From an uncultured archaeon (GTDB lineage: Archaea; Asgardarchaeota; Lokiarchaeia; Sigyniarchaeales; SOKP01): 39,163 bases of DNA. The DNA is taken from positions 1 to 39,163 of the forward strand of contig CAYUTF010000023.1 of the NCBI GenBank assembly GCA_964447495.1. Direction: 5' to 3'. The position numbers were made by a program, and so were the translations under genes. The first letter of the stretch is position 1. Every line of letters starts with the position of its first letter. Below are positions 29,067-38,835 of the stretch, piece by piece. The notes beneath the pieces were generated by a model. That model saw only the letters and a list, made by a program, of their open reading frames with translations, ran no database searches and was not told where the DNA came from.

Positions 29067-30524
29067 ATGAGCGATTTAATTTGTGTTTTTGATGTTGGAA
29101 CTACAGGAACCAGAACTGAAATTTTCAACATTGAAGGAAGGGTGATTGCTAAAGCTTATGAGGAGTATCCGATATCCAAACAGCCAGTTGGGATTTCAGA
29201 ACAAGATCCGATGATTTGGTGGAATGCAATAAAAAATACCTGCACTCAAGCAGTTAAAAAAGTAAAAAAGAAAGATATTATCGGAATATCCGCATCATTT
29301 CTCCGTTCAACAACTACCATCATTGATAAAGAAGGAAATGTATTACATCCTGCTCTGACTTGGATGGATGAGAGAGAGGAAACAACCGCAAAAGACTGGG
29401 ATACAGACGCAGATTTGCGAAGGATTATTCCAAAAATAAATTGGATAAAGAAGAATAAACCAGAATTATTTAATAAAGCAGTAAAAATAATAAATCCTGA
29501 TTCTTTCATATATATGAAATTGTGCGGTGCATGTGTGACGGACCCAAGTAATGGAATTTGGGGTATTTTAAATAAGAATACTTTAGAATGGGATGAAAAA
29601 CTCGCAGATTTATATGATCTCCCCATCGATTTATGGCCAGAAGTGCATACTTCAGGCAAAGTTATTGGAGAGTTAAGTAGTGAGTCAGCAAGGGTTTTGA
29701 ATTTGAAGAATAATATTCCAATAATATTAGGAGGAGGAGATCAGCAATGTTCTGCACTTGGATTAGGAGTTATTCACAAGGGACAAGTGAAAGTCACTAC
29801 TGGTACTGGTACTTTTGTTGATTATGTGGTTGATAAACCAGTTGAAATTGCTGGTGATTTTCCAATATTTTCTCTTCCATCTGTTATTAAAGGAATATGG
29901 AATATTGAAGGTAGTATACCTGGTACTGGAACTGCATTTAAATGGTTTAAAGATAATTTCTCACAAATGCAGATCAAGGAAAGTCAAGAAAAACATGTTA
30001 ATATATACGATAATTTAACGGAAGAGGCTAGATCAGTCCCCCCAGGCAGCGAAGGATTACTTTTCATACCGTTATATATGTTCAGAAAGGGGACTATTCA
30101 CGGTTTAAGTTGGAATCATGGTAGAGCTCATATGATAAGGGCGATTATGGAATCAGCAGCTCTAAGTGCGCAAATGTATTCCAATTTATTAGAAGGAGTG
30201 GCTAAGAGTAAACCTACAGAAATCAGAGTAGATGGTGGCGCGATGAACTGCGATTTATGGACCCAAATATTTGCAGATGTTATGTCAAATACAATATTGG
30301 TCTCAGAAGTCAAAGACGGGGCTGCTTTAGGCGCGGCTATCCTCGGTTTCTATGGGTGTGAATCGTATAACAGTTTTGAGAGTGCAATAGATTCAATGGT
30401 ACGGTTTTCAGACAAAAAAGAGCCGATAAAGGAAAATTCAAAAATCTATAAAAAGTTAAATAGAATTTTCATGCCTACGCTCTTAAGTATCTATACAAAT
30501 AAACGTGTTACTAAAGATTTGTAA
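29067..30524 (+). CDS. FGGY-family carbohydrate kinase (xylulokinase-like)
   Basis: DVGTTG, EQDP, WMDER, GGGDQ, TTGTG, DGGA, ALGAA. Confidence 0.9.
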   Translation: MSDLICVFDVGTTGTRTEIFNIEGRVIAKAYEEYPISKQPVGISEQDPMIWWNAIKNTCTQAVKKVKKKDIIGISASFLRSTTTIIDKEGNVLHPALTWMDEREETTAKDWDTDADLRRIIPKINWIKKNKPELFNKAVKIINPDSFIYMKLCGACVTDPSNGIWGILNKNTLEWDEKLADLYDLPIDLWPEVHTSGKVIGELSSESARVLNLKNNIPIILGGGDQQCSALGLGVIHKGQVKVTTGTGTFVDYVVDKPVEIAGDFPIFSLPSVIKGIWNIEGSIPGTGTAFKWFKDNFSQMQIKESQEKHVNIYDNLTEEARSVPPGSEGLLFIPLYMFRKGTIHGLSWNHGRAHMIRAIMESAALSAQMYSNLLEGVAKSKPTEIRVDGGAMNCDLWTQIFADVMSNTILVSEVKDGAALGAAILGFYGCESYNSFESAIDSMVRFSDKKEPIKENSKIYKKLNRIFMPTLLSIYTNKRVTKDL

Positions 30525-30748
30525 TAATAACTTTTTAATTTTTTTTACTACTTTTAAATCCCTTGAATATTGTATCTTTTTCTTACCTAAATTACATATT
30601 TTCTTTGACATTGTTAACAAAAAAAACCCAAAACGTGAATAAATTTCATTTAATTAATTAATAATTTGATTAAAGCGTGATTTTAGAAAAGTATTTTTTG
30701 AATCCATTATTTTCAAAATCAATATTTAATTTCAGAAGTTTAAATACC

Positions 30749-31582
30749 ATGCCCTTCTTTAAAAATCAAGAGGGATACAATCTATATTACGAAGATATCA
30801 ATGGAGAAATAAAAGAAAAAACAGAAGGTACAATTATTCTTCTCCATGGTTTTGCCTCTTCAGCTTCATTTTTCAAAGGACAAATAAAAGTGCTACGAAA
30901 ATTTTATCGAATCATTGCTTTTGATGCATTAGGGCACGGAAAGAGTGATCATTCAAAAAGTTTAAACTTATCTAAAAATTTAAGGTACGATATAATTCGG
31001 GATTTGGAAGATCTTCTAAATAATTTAGGCGTAACTGAGAAGTATGGAATTATAGGCCATTCGCTTGTAGGAGGAATGACAGCCCAATTATTTTGTATGA
31101 AACATCCAGAAGATATTAAATTCCTCATATTATTGAATTCAGGATACATCATTATAGATAATGTCATCCGTAATATTTTTTATAACTTACTTCCCTACTT
31201 CATTCGCATGAACTTTTTAGAAGTCGTTGCGAATTCGGTGGAAGATATTTTAGATAAAGTTATACCATATATCTTAACATCAATAGCCGAATCTATTAAT
31301 GGGATGAAATTAAGTAAAGATGAGATTTTAATGCTTATAGAAGAACAAATTTTTGGAATGATTAATGAGATTAAAGAATATGACCCCTCATCTATCAAAT
31401 GTCCCACTCTTATTATAGGAGGAAGGTTAGATAATTTCGCACCCGAGCAAATGTCAGAAGAATTAAATAAAAAAATTCCTAACTCAAAATTAGAAATTAT
31501 TGATATGGCCGGACATTTTGCCCCTGCACACCGCCAGGATGTAATTAACCAATTAATATGTGAATTTATTAATAATCTTTAG
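30749..31582 (+). CDS. Alpha/beta-fold hydrolase
   Basis: LLHGF, FDALGHGKS, GHSLVGG elbow, GRLD, AGH; likely start at MPFF (30749). Confidence 0.88.
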   Translation: MPFFKNQEGYNLYYEDINGEIKEKTEGTIILLHGFASSASFFKGQIKVLRKFYRIIAFDALGHGKSDHSKSLNLSKNLRYDIIRDLEDLLNNLGVTEKYGIIGHSLVGGMTAQLFCMKHPEDIKFLILLNSGYIIIDNVIRNIFYNLLPYFIRMNFLEVVANSVEDILDKVIPYILTSIAESINGMKLSKDEILMLIEEQIFGMINEIKEYDPSSIKCPTLIIGGRLDNFAPEQMSEELNKKIPNSKLEIIDMAGHFAPAHRQDVINQLICEFINNL

Positions 31583-31628
31583 TAAGATAATACTAAGCTT
31601 TAAATTAATAATCAGCATAAAGATTAAA

Positions 31629-31997
31629 GTGAGCATTATTATCGAAGATGAGAATACAACTCTTTCTTTTTGCAAAGAAGAAGTAAAGCAATTTGTTAAT
31701 AATCGTGGTTGGACGAAGTACCATACTCCCAAAAACCTAATTCAAGCACTTCATATTGAAGTTGCAGAATTATCAGAAATTTTTTTATTTAAGGATTATG
31801 AAATCAATCACATACGTGCGAATAAAGGGCTATTAGAAAATATATCAGATGAGTTAGCAGATATTTTCATTTATCTCATAAGTTTAGTAAATGTTTTTGG
31901 AATAGATCTAACAGAAGCATTTCTAAATAAAATGAGAAAAAATGAAAATAAATATTCAATTGAAGAGTTTAATAATGGTTTTTATTATAAAAAGTAG
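31629..31997 (+). CDS. MazG-like all-alpha NTP pyrophosphohydrolase
   Basis: RGWTKYHTPKNL...EVAEL...DELADI; start near 31629-31641 rather than the track's 31560. Confidence 0.85.
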   Translation: MSIIIEDENTTLSFCKEEVKQFVNNRGWTKYHTPKNLIQALHIEVAELSEIFLFKDYEINHIRANKGLLENISDELADIFIYLISLVNVFGIDLTEAFLNKMRKNENKYSIEEFNNGFYYKK

Positions 31998-32089
31998 ATT
32001 TCCCGTTTTAGCGCTCCTTTTTTATTATAATAACTACTCAATAAAATATATAGGAAGGGTTTTAATGAAAATAAACCTATTTAATTATC

Positions 32090-33067
32090 ATGGTCAAGAA
32101 CAATATTGATGTAATAATTAAAGAACAGTTAGATAAAACACTAAATGAAACCAGTTTTGCAACCCTAGGAACATTATACAAAGGAAAAGTACGGGATAAT
32201 TATATAAAGAAGGACATTCGCATTATAATTGCCACAGACCGTTTATCTGCGTTTGATCGTGTTATAACTACAATACCTTTTAAGGGCGAATTGTTAAATC
32301 GTGTTTCTTCTTTTTGGTTTGAGAAAACAAAAGATATTGTAAAAAATCATATTATTGAGATACCTGATCCAAATGTAGCAATAGTCCATCAGTGTGATAT
32401 GATTCCGATTGAAATGATTGTTCGAGCATATATCACAGGTTCAGCGTGGCGTAATTACGAAAAAGAAGAGACTACTTCGGGAATAATATTACCCTCGGGA
32501 TTACGAAAAAATCAAAAATTAGATGACATCTTATTGACGCCTTCGACTAAAGCAGAATCGGGACATGATATCTATATCTCTCGAGAACAGATTCTTAAGC
32601 AGAAGATGGTGAATAAAGAGATATATGAAAAAATGGAACAATCAGCGCTAAAATTATTTAAATACGGGCAAAATTATTGCTATAAAAATGGGTTAATATT
32701 AGTGGATACAAAATATGAGTTTGGAATGAAGGATGGGGAATTGATGGTTGTCGATGAGATTCATACGCAAGATTCGTCTCGATTTTGGATTCTTGACTCT
32801 TATGAGAATAGATTTGAAAAGAATGAGAACCCTGAAATTTTAGATAAAGAAATTTTTCGAGGTTGGCTCATGGATACTTATCCAGACATTTTCCCCAACA
32901 TTAAACCTAATCAAGAAATCCCACCAATTAGCACTGATATCAAGATAGAATTAGCAAAACGATATATGAAGAGTTATGAAAAAATTACAGGGTTGGAATT
33001 TGAAGCGAATGCTACTAACGTTAAGCAGAGAATATATGAAAATTTAAAGAAAGCAAATTATTTATAG
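32090..33067 (+). CDS. purC: SAICAR synthetase
   Basis: GKVRD, TDRLSAFD, TPSTK, LVDTKYEFG, DEIHT-DSSRFW. Confidence 0.95.
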   Translation: MVKNNIDVIIKEQLDKTLNETSFATLGTLYKGKVRDNYIKKDIRIIIATDRLSAFDRVITTIPFKGELLNRVSSFWFEKTKDIVKNHIIEIPDPNVAIVHQCDMIPIEMIVRAYITGSAWRNYEKEETTSGIILPSGLRKNQKLDDILLTPSTKAESGHDIYISREQILKQKMVNKEIYEKMEQSALKLFKYGQNYCYKNGLILVDTKYEFGMKDGELMVVDEIHTQDSSRFWILDSYENRFEKNENPEILDKEIFRGWLMDTYPDIFPNIKPNQEIPPISTDIKIELAKRYMKSYEKITGLEFEANATNVKQRIYENLKKANYL

Positions 33068-33105
33068 AGTTTAAAAATTTAAGAAAAAATATATAAAAGA
33101 ACAGA

Positions 33106-33324
33106 TTGTATTTTTTTATTATGTTTAATTTCATTCTTATAGTTGGAGCATATGTATTGTTTTTGTTCAGTTTTATATTATTAGTAAAGGACATCTTGAC
33201 AAAAAATAAGCTCCAAGATCACAATCTAGAAGCAAAGTTAACTAAATCAAGTGGATATAGTTTCGGCTTTTCATTATTAGCTTTAATTCTTATGGTTTTT
33301 GTAAGCTTTAGCTATGTTTATTGA
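33106..33324 (+). CDS. Small two-TM hypothetical membrane protein
   Basis: Two hydrophobic segments separated by a polar loop; alternative ATG at 33121. Confidence 0.55.
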   Translation: MYFFIMFNFILIVGAYVLFLFSFILLVKDILTKNKLQDHNLEAKLTKSSGYSFGFSLLALILMVFVSFSYVY

Positions 33325-33456
33325 ATAAAAATTATTAGAACCTTCAATAAAATAAGTAGTTTCAATAAAACTATTTTTTGTCGTATTTCATGAATCAAAA
33401 TTATTTATTAATTAATAAGCATTAATAAAATTATAACAAACTTTTTTCTTTTAAAG

Positions 33457-33726
33457 ATGGATCAATTAGAATTTATAATTGAAGTTTCACTCGAGAATAA
33501 ACCTGCTGCTCGTGATCCGGTCGCTGAAACCATAAAAAGAGATTTAATAGCTAAAAAAGGATATAATATGATTTCAAATGTACGATCAGGTCAATATTTA
33601 AGAATAAATATAATAGCTGAGAATGAGGATAATGCTAAAGAAATTGTGACTAAGATGTGTAATGATCTTAGAATCTTTAATCCAGTTACTCAGAATTTAA
33701 CCGTTCTTAATGTGAAAAAATTATGA
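33457..33726 (+). CDS. purS: FGAM synthase subunit PurS
   Basis: KP..RDP..ETI, NVRSG, FNPV; precedes purQ/purL. Confidence 0.92.
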   Translation: MDQLEFIIEVSLENKPAARDPVAETIKRDLIAKKGYNMISNVRSGQYLRINIIAENEDNAKEIVTKMCNDLRIFNPVTQNLTVLNVKKL

Positions 33727-34433
33727 ATGCAAAAATCGCGGTTCTCATGTTTCCAGGCAGCAATTGTGATTTAGATACAATCCATGTCCTTAAAAATGTG
33801 ATTCATGTAGACACTGACTTAGTATGGCATAATCATTTTAAAGAAAAAGATTATGATGGGGTCATTTTACCAGGAGGATTTGCTTTTGGTGACTATTTAA
33901 GAGCAGGAATTATTGCAGCGCATAGTCCTGCCATCGAGGAAGCTAAAATTATGTTGAAAGATGGGAGACCAGTTATTGGAATTTGCAATGGATTTCAGAT
34001 ATTAACGGAAGCACAATTTCTTCCCGGAGCGTTATTACAAAATGATTCTCTCAAATTTGTATGTAAATGGGTAAATCTTGTGGTGGAAAATAATAAAACA
34101 GCATTTTCAAATAAAATGAATATAGGGGATGTTATTAATATCCCAATTGCTCATGGAGAAGGACGATTCTTTACGGATAATCTGAGAGAATTAGAAGAAA
34201 ATAATCAAATCGTCTTTAAGTATTCCGATGACGAAGGAAATCCGACTATGGAAGCAAATCCAAATGGATCTTTAGCAAATATTGCAGGTATATGTAATTT
34301 AGAGCAAAATTGTGTTGGATTAATGCCCCACCCAGAACGTGCTTCTGAAGAAATTTTAAGTCCAAAAAAAACAATACATGGTACATTATTTTTCAAATCA
34401 ATGATAGAATTTATTATGCAGAGGTTACATTAA
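33723..34433 (+). CDS. purQ: FGAM synthase glutaminase subunit PurQ
   Basis: FPGSNC, PGGF.FGDYLR, GICNGFQ, HGEG, NPNGS, MPHPER. Confidence 0.97.
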   Translation: MNAKIAVLMFPGSNCDLDTIHVLKNVIHVDTDLVWHNHFKEKDYDGVILPGGFAFGDYLRAGIIAAHSPAIEEAKIMLKDGRPVIGICNGFQILTEAQFLPGALLQNDSLKFVCKWVNLVVENNKTAFSNKMNIGDVINIPIAHGEGRFFTDNLRELEENNQIVFKYSDDEGNPTMEANPNGSLANIAGICNLEQNCVGLMPHPERASEEILSPKKTIHGTLFFKSMIEFIMQRLH

Positions 34434-36679
34434 TGACGAAAGTAAATCTGGATGGGGAAGAAGTAAATATAGAAATGACCAAGAGCGAGTTTAATAAAGT
34501 TAAGGAATTGCTAAATAGAGAGCCAACAGTTACAGAGCTTGGTGCTTTTGATGTTATGTGGAGTGAGCATTGCTCATATAAATCATCTCGCCCTAAATTG
34601 AAGCTATTTGAGGATGCTGAAGCAAATTATGATTATGTTCTCGCAGGACCGGGACAAGATGCCGGAGTTATAGATATAGGTGATGGATATGCTTTAGCGT
34701 TTAGAATTGAATCCCATAATCATCCCTCCGCAATTGAGCCTTATCATGGTGCTGCTACGGGAATTGGAGGCATTATTAGAGATATTTTATGTATGGGAGT
34801 CCGTCCCATTGCATTATTAGATCCATTGAGATTTGGGAATTTGAAAAATAATCCTCATTCACAATGGCTATTCAAATATGTAGTGAAAGGTATTGCTGAT
34901 TATGGAAACTGTACCGGTATACCGACTATTGGTGGCGAAGTAGAGTTTGATGATAGCTTTGAAAGCAATTGTTTAGTCAATGTAGCTTGTATCGGCTTAG
35001 GTACAATTGAAGATTTTAAACATGCGCCAAGTAAAGCTTATAATCCCGGAGATTATATAATCCTAATGGGAGGATCTACTGGTCGAGATGGAATTCATGG
35101 GGTAACATTTGCATCTCGTACTCTAACGGAGATGTCTGAAGCCGACAGACCGGCTGTCCAAATTGGTGACCCTTTTACTAAGAAAATGATTATTGAAGCT
35201 ACATTAGAAGCTGTAAAGTCCGGTTATGTGAGAGGATTAAAAGATCTTGGTGGAGGCGGCTTAACATGCGCAACAAGTGAGTTAACTGGGGATGGAAACA
35301 CAGGAGCAAAAATAGATTTAAAACAAGTTTTTACTAGAGAACCAGGAATGAATTCGTATGAGCTCATGCTTTCTGAATCTCAAGAGAGAATGGCTTTCAT
35401 TGTAAAACCAGAGGGTTTAGAAACGGTCCTAGGGATATTTAGGAAGTATGAAATGAATTTTGCTGTAATTGGGAGAACTGATGATTCAAAAGTATTGAAC
35501 GTTTATTATGGGGATAAATTGGTAGTAAGTCTTCCTTCAAAAGCACTTTCTGAATCTCCTATTTTTAAAAGACAAGAAAGGCGTCCTTCTTATTTAGATA
35601 CCTTGATAAATCAAAAAACACCTACACCGACTTTAGGACTGGATGAGATAATATATAAATTAATAGCATCAGAAAATATATGCAGTAAGGAATGGGTTTA
35701 CCGTCAGTATGATCATGAGGTTGGAGTTCGGTCTGTAGTGAAATGTGGAAAAGGAGACTCGGGTGTCTTGAGAATTATTGGGACAAATAAGTTTATTGCC
35801 GCAAGTGTAGGAGTTAATTCAAAACATTGCTATTTGGATCCCTATGAAGGAGCGAAGGGGGGTCTGGTCGAAGTTTGTGGTAATGTAATAGCAAATGGTG
35901 CAAAAGCTATGGCAATGGTAAATTGCTGCAATTTTGGAAATCCTGAAATTCCAGAATCTTTTTGGTATTTCTCTAGATCGGTTGAGGGAATGAACGATTT
36001 TTGTAGAAGTCTTAAAATACCTATAGTTGGAGGAAATGTTTCTTTTTATAATGAAGATGAGGTAAAGAAGTCTGCCATAAAAGCAACACCAATGATTATG
36101 ATAGTAGGGCTCATTGAGGGCCAAGAGAATATAATTACCCTCCCTTTCAAGAAATCTGGAAATGATATTTTTCTAATCGGAGAGACTAAAAAAGAATTAG
36201 GGGGGTCTGAATATCATTCAGTTATATATAATATTGAAGGAGGACAACCACCTAAGGTTCATGAATCACAAATTAGAGCCTTATGGGATTTTCTATTTGA
36301 ATTGTATAAATTAAAGTTAATTAGAGCAAATCATGATGTAAATAAAGGTGGTTTTATCATAACTATTGCAGAAATGTGCTTTAAAAATAGTATGGGCGCC
36401 TATATTGATTTGAATCATATTAATAGAGGGGATCTAAGAGATGATGAATTTTTATTCAGTGAATCTGTTGGGAGATTTATAATTGAAACAAATCCTAAAG
36501 ATTATAATACAGTTACTCAAATTGCTGAAAAATACGGAGTTTCTGCTCAGAAGATTGGTACTATTGAGAAAAAACCTTTCATTCAGATAGCGGGATTAAC
36601 TACCAAAGAGATAAAACTCAATGTTGATAAAATGAAGCAACTTTATGATTCAACAATTCCAAATTTAATGGAAATCTAA
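34433..36679 (+). CDS. purL: FGAM synthase subunit PurL
   Basis: WSEHCSYKS, ESHNHPS, TGRDGIHG, SESQERM, QYDHEV, GGNVSFYN, FSES. Confidence 0.97.
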   Translation: MTKVNLDGEEVNIEMTKSEFNKVKELLNREPTVTELGAFDVMWSEHCSYKSSRPKLKLFEDAEANYDYVLAGPGQDAGVIDIGDGYALAFRIESHNHPSAIEPYHGAATGIGGIIRDILCMGVRPIALLDPLRFGNLKNNPHSQWLFKYVVKGIADYGNCTGIPTIGGEVEFDDSFESNCLVNVACIGLGTIEDFKHAPSKAYNPGDYIILMGGSTGRDGIHGVTFASRTLTEMSEADRPAVQIGDPFTKKMIIEATLEAVKSGYVRGLKDLGGGGLTCATSELTGDGNTGAKIDLKQVFTREPGMNSYELMLSESQERMAFIVKPEGLETVLGIFRKYEMNFAVIGRTDDSKVLNVYYGDKLVVSLPSKALSESPIFKRQERRPSYLDTLINQKTPTPTLGLDEIIYKLIASENICSKEWVYRQYDHEVGVRSVVKCGKGDSGVLRIIGTNKFIAASVGVNSKHCYLDPYEGAKGGLVEVCGNVIANGAKAMAMVNCCNFGNPEIPESFWYFSRSVEGMNDFCRSLKIPIVGGNVSFYNEDEVKKSAIKATPMIMIVGLIEGQENIITLPFKKSGNDIFLIGETKKELGGSEYHSVIYNIEGGQPPKVHESQIRALWDFLFELYKLKLIRANHDVNKGGFIITIAEMCFKNSMGAYIDLNHINRGDLRDDEFLFSESVGRFIIETNPKDYNTVTQIAEKYGVSAQKIGTIEKKPFIQIAGLTTKEIKLNVDKMKQLYDSTIPNLMEI

Positions 36680-36814
36680 GTTTATTTCTAATTATTCATA
36701 TGTCCATAAGTTATGTGTTCGAATATCACGTATTAACTAAAAGATAATCATAAATTTGAAAAATCATAAATTTTTTACCTTATTAAGTATTTATAAAAAT
36801 TAGGTGACTTAATT

Positions 36815-37021
36815 ATTAGGGCTCGAGCATGCATTAGATGTAAGGAGTATGTAGTTATTCACCCAAATAATCCTATAAATCAAAATATAATTGCAAATTT
36901 TGAACAACATCATAGACAACATACACTTATAACCGTTAACTTAGATGAAGTTAAAGATAGTTATCAAATCTTTAAAGGTAATGGTGTTGAAAAGAGTTCT
37001 GATGATTTTAATGAAACCTAA
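36815..37021 (+). CDS. 68-aa CxxC...HxxH putative zinc-binding protein (paralog B), ATT start
   Basis: Manual translation (M)RARACIRCKEYVVIHPNNPINQNIIANFEQHHRQHTLITVNLDEVKDSYQIFKGNGVEKSSDDFNET; SD AGGTGA 7 nt upstream; no in-frame ATG/GTG/TTG. Confidence 0.8.
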   Translation: MRARACIRCKEYVVIHPNNPINQNIIANFEQHHRQHTLITVNLDEVKDSYQIFKGNGVEKSSDDFNET

Positions 37022-37025
37022 TTAA

Positions 37026-37802
37026 CTATATATATTGTAGAATTGATGAGAACACATCTATAATTAGATTAGGTTTAATTTCATAATCTGACTCTCTATA
37101 ATAATTTCCTTTGCCTGTTTTTACTAAAATTCCTTTTATTCCCACTTCTAGTGCCCCCATTATATCTGAATGCATATCATCTCCAATAATAATAACGTTA
37201 TCAGCATGTAAATTGATTTTCTCTAATGCTTGAATAAAGAAATGTTTTGATGGCTTTCCAAATATTATTGCTGATGAATTTGAGGCATAAGCAATCATTT
37301 TAATAAATGATCCTGTATCAATAACAGGTTCACCATTCCGATCAAGATAATAATTATTACCTTGACTTCCAATTAATTTAGCTCCTTTTAGAACGTATTT
37401 GAAAGCTTGATTAAGGCGTTTAACATCCCAGTCATCGTGAAAGTCACACAATATTACAAAATCCGGGATTTCAGAACCTTGAACTTTAGGAAATTCTTTA
37501 AATTCTTTCTCAACTTCTTTAGTAGTTATGAAATATGAATTCTTATCTAAATGTTTATTTAAGAATTCTTTTAATGCAATAATCGGAGTATATATTTCAT
37601 CATAACTAACGTCAAACCCATAATCATTTAAAGTTTTTAAAACGGTTTGAGGAGATTTACTATCTGTATTAGTAAAAAAAAGTAGTTTTAAACCTTTTTT
37701 ACGGATTTCAGAAACTGCTTTAATGGCACCATATGTTGGTTTACCTTTAAAATATAAAGTACCATCAATATCAGATAATATCCCTTTGATATTTTTGAAC
37801 AT
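37026..37802 (-). CDS. HAD-IIA hydrolase (NagD/LHPP-like)
   Basis: DIDGTL, FTN, GKP, IGDD..SD..GA, VKTGK. Confidence 0.9.
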   Translation of the reverse strand: MFKNIKGILSDIDGTLYFKGKPTYGAIKAVSEIRKKGLKLLFFTNTDSKSPQTVLKTLNDYGFDVSYDEIYTPIIALKEFLNKHLDKNSYFITTKEVEKEFKEFPKVQGSEIPDFVILCDFHDDWDVKRLNQAFKYVLKGAKLIGSQGNNYYLDRNGEPVIDTGSFIKMIAYASNSSAIIFGKPSKHFFIQALEKINLHADNVIIIGDDMHSDIMGALEVGIKGILVKTGKGNYYRESDYEIKPNLIIDVFSSILQYI

Positions 37803-38265
37803 CTAGAATGACCATGTAATTTATTATAGTAAAATTTACACTTTAACAAATATTAAGCAAACCCTATTTAAAACTATGCCTTAGAATATTTAAAATATAG
37901 AAAAAAGAAGAAGAAAAAAAAATTAGTGGGGGAATTTTTTATTAATTGTTGATGATATTTTTTTAAATGAGAGTTTAAATTGTTGTAATATATAGACTAA
38001 TACTTATGCTTTTTTAAACCACCTTCATCATTATGTGATGCGGGAATTTAATCCCATAAAAATAATGTAATATTCTACTTATAAATTTTACTAACTTTCA
38101 ATATCTCTCATTTAATTTAAACAAAAATATAAAATATAATTTTAAATTGAACAAAAATATAGAAAATTAATATGAAATAATTATTAATGTAAATTTCGTT
38201 TATTAATTATAGAAGATGCAATGGGTTCAATTAAAATATGATATTAGAAATGTATAATTTAGTGA

Positions 38266-38835
38266 ATGAAAATGAAGATAGCTATTGATATTGACGGAGT
38301 TCTTCTTGATATTATGATAACTTACCTAAAAATCTTCAATAATAAATATAATACTAAATATGAGAAGAAAGATGTTACTAATTGGGAATTCTTTAAAGAA
38401 TGGGAGGTTTCAGAAGAAGAAGCTTTTGATATTTTTTATAGAATTTATCAAGATTCAATGCTTGTCCCTTTTATTGATAATGATGCTCCTGAGGTCATGA
38501 GAAAGTTAAGAAACTACTATGATGTTTTTATAGTATCCGCTAGGACTCCGGAATATGAAAACTCTATTATTAAAAAATTAAATTTCCATAATATTAAGAA
38601 AGGAGTGCATTATGAAGATTTAATCTTACTCCATCATAAGCCTAATGATATAAAACTTAGCTTAGATTTTGATATTTATGTGGATGACAATCCTAATCTA
38701 GTTGAACCTATAAAAAGGATAGTAAGGAAAAAGTTACTTTTATTTGATCAACCATGGAATCAAGATGTAGCTGTTTATGAAAATGTTAAGAGAATTTTCA
38801 ATTGGAAAGATGTGGAAAGAGAATTAATTTTTTAA
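38266..38835 (+). CDS. HAD-superfamily 5'(3')-deoxyribonucleotidase-like protein
   Basis: DIDGVL, VSAR, YVDDNP, FDQPWN, FNW. Confidence 0.85.
   Translation: MKMKIAIDIDGVLLDIMITYLKIFNNKYNTKYEKKDVTNWEFFKEWEVSEEEAFDIFYRIYQDSMLVPFIDNDAPEVMRKLRNYYDVFIVSARTPEYENSIIKKLNFHNIKKGVHYEDLILLHHKPNDIKLSLDFDIYVDDNPNLVEPIKRIVRKKLLLFDQPWNQDVAVYENVKRIFNWKDVERELIF

Noticed and set aside
252-36124. Numerous 60-140-aa ORFs antisense to long genes (e.g. 978-1181, 3200-3430, 8793-9164, 15452-15769, 20402-20770, 29246-29659, 35819-36124)
   Set aside because: They lie opposite well-supported genes, lack SD or motifs, and have typical shadow-frame composition.
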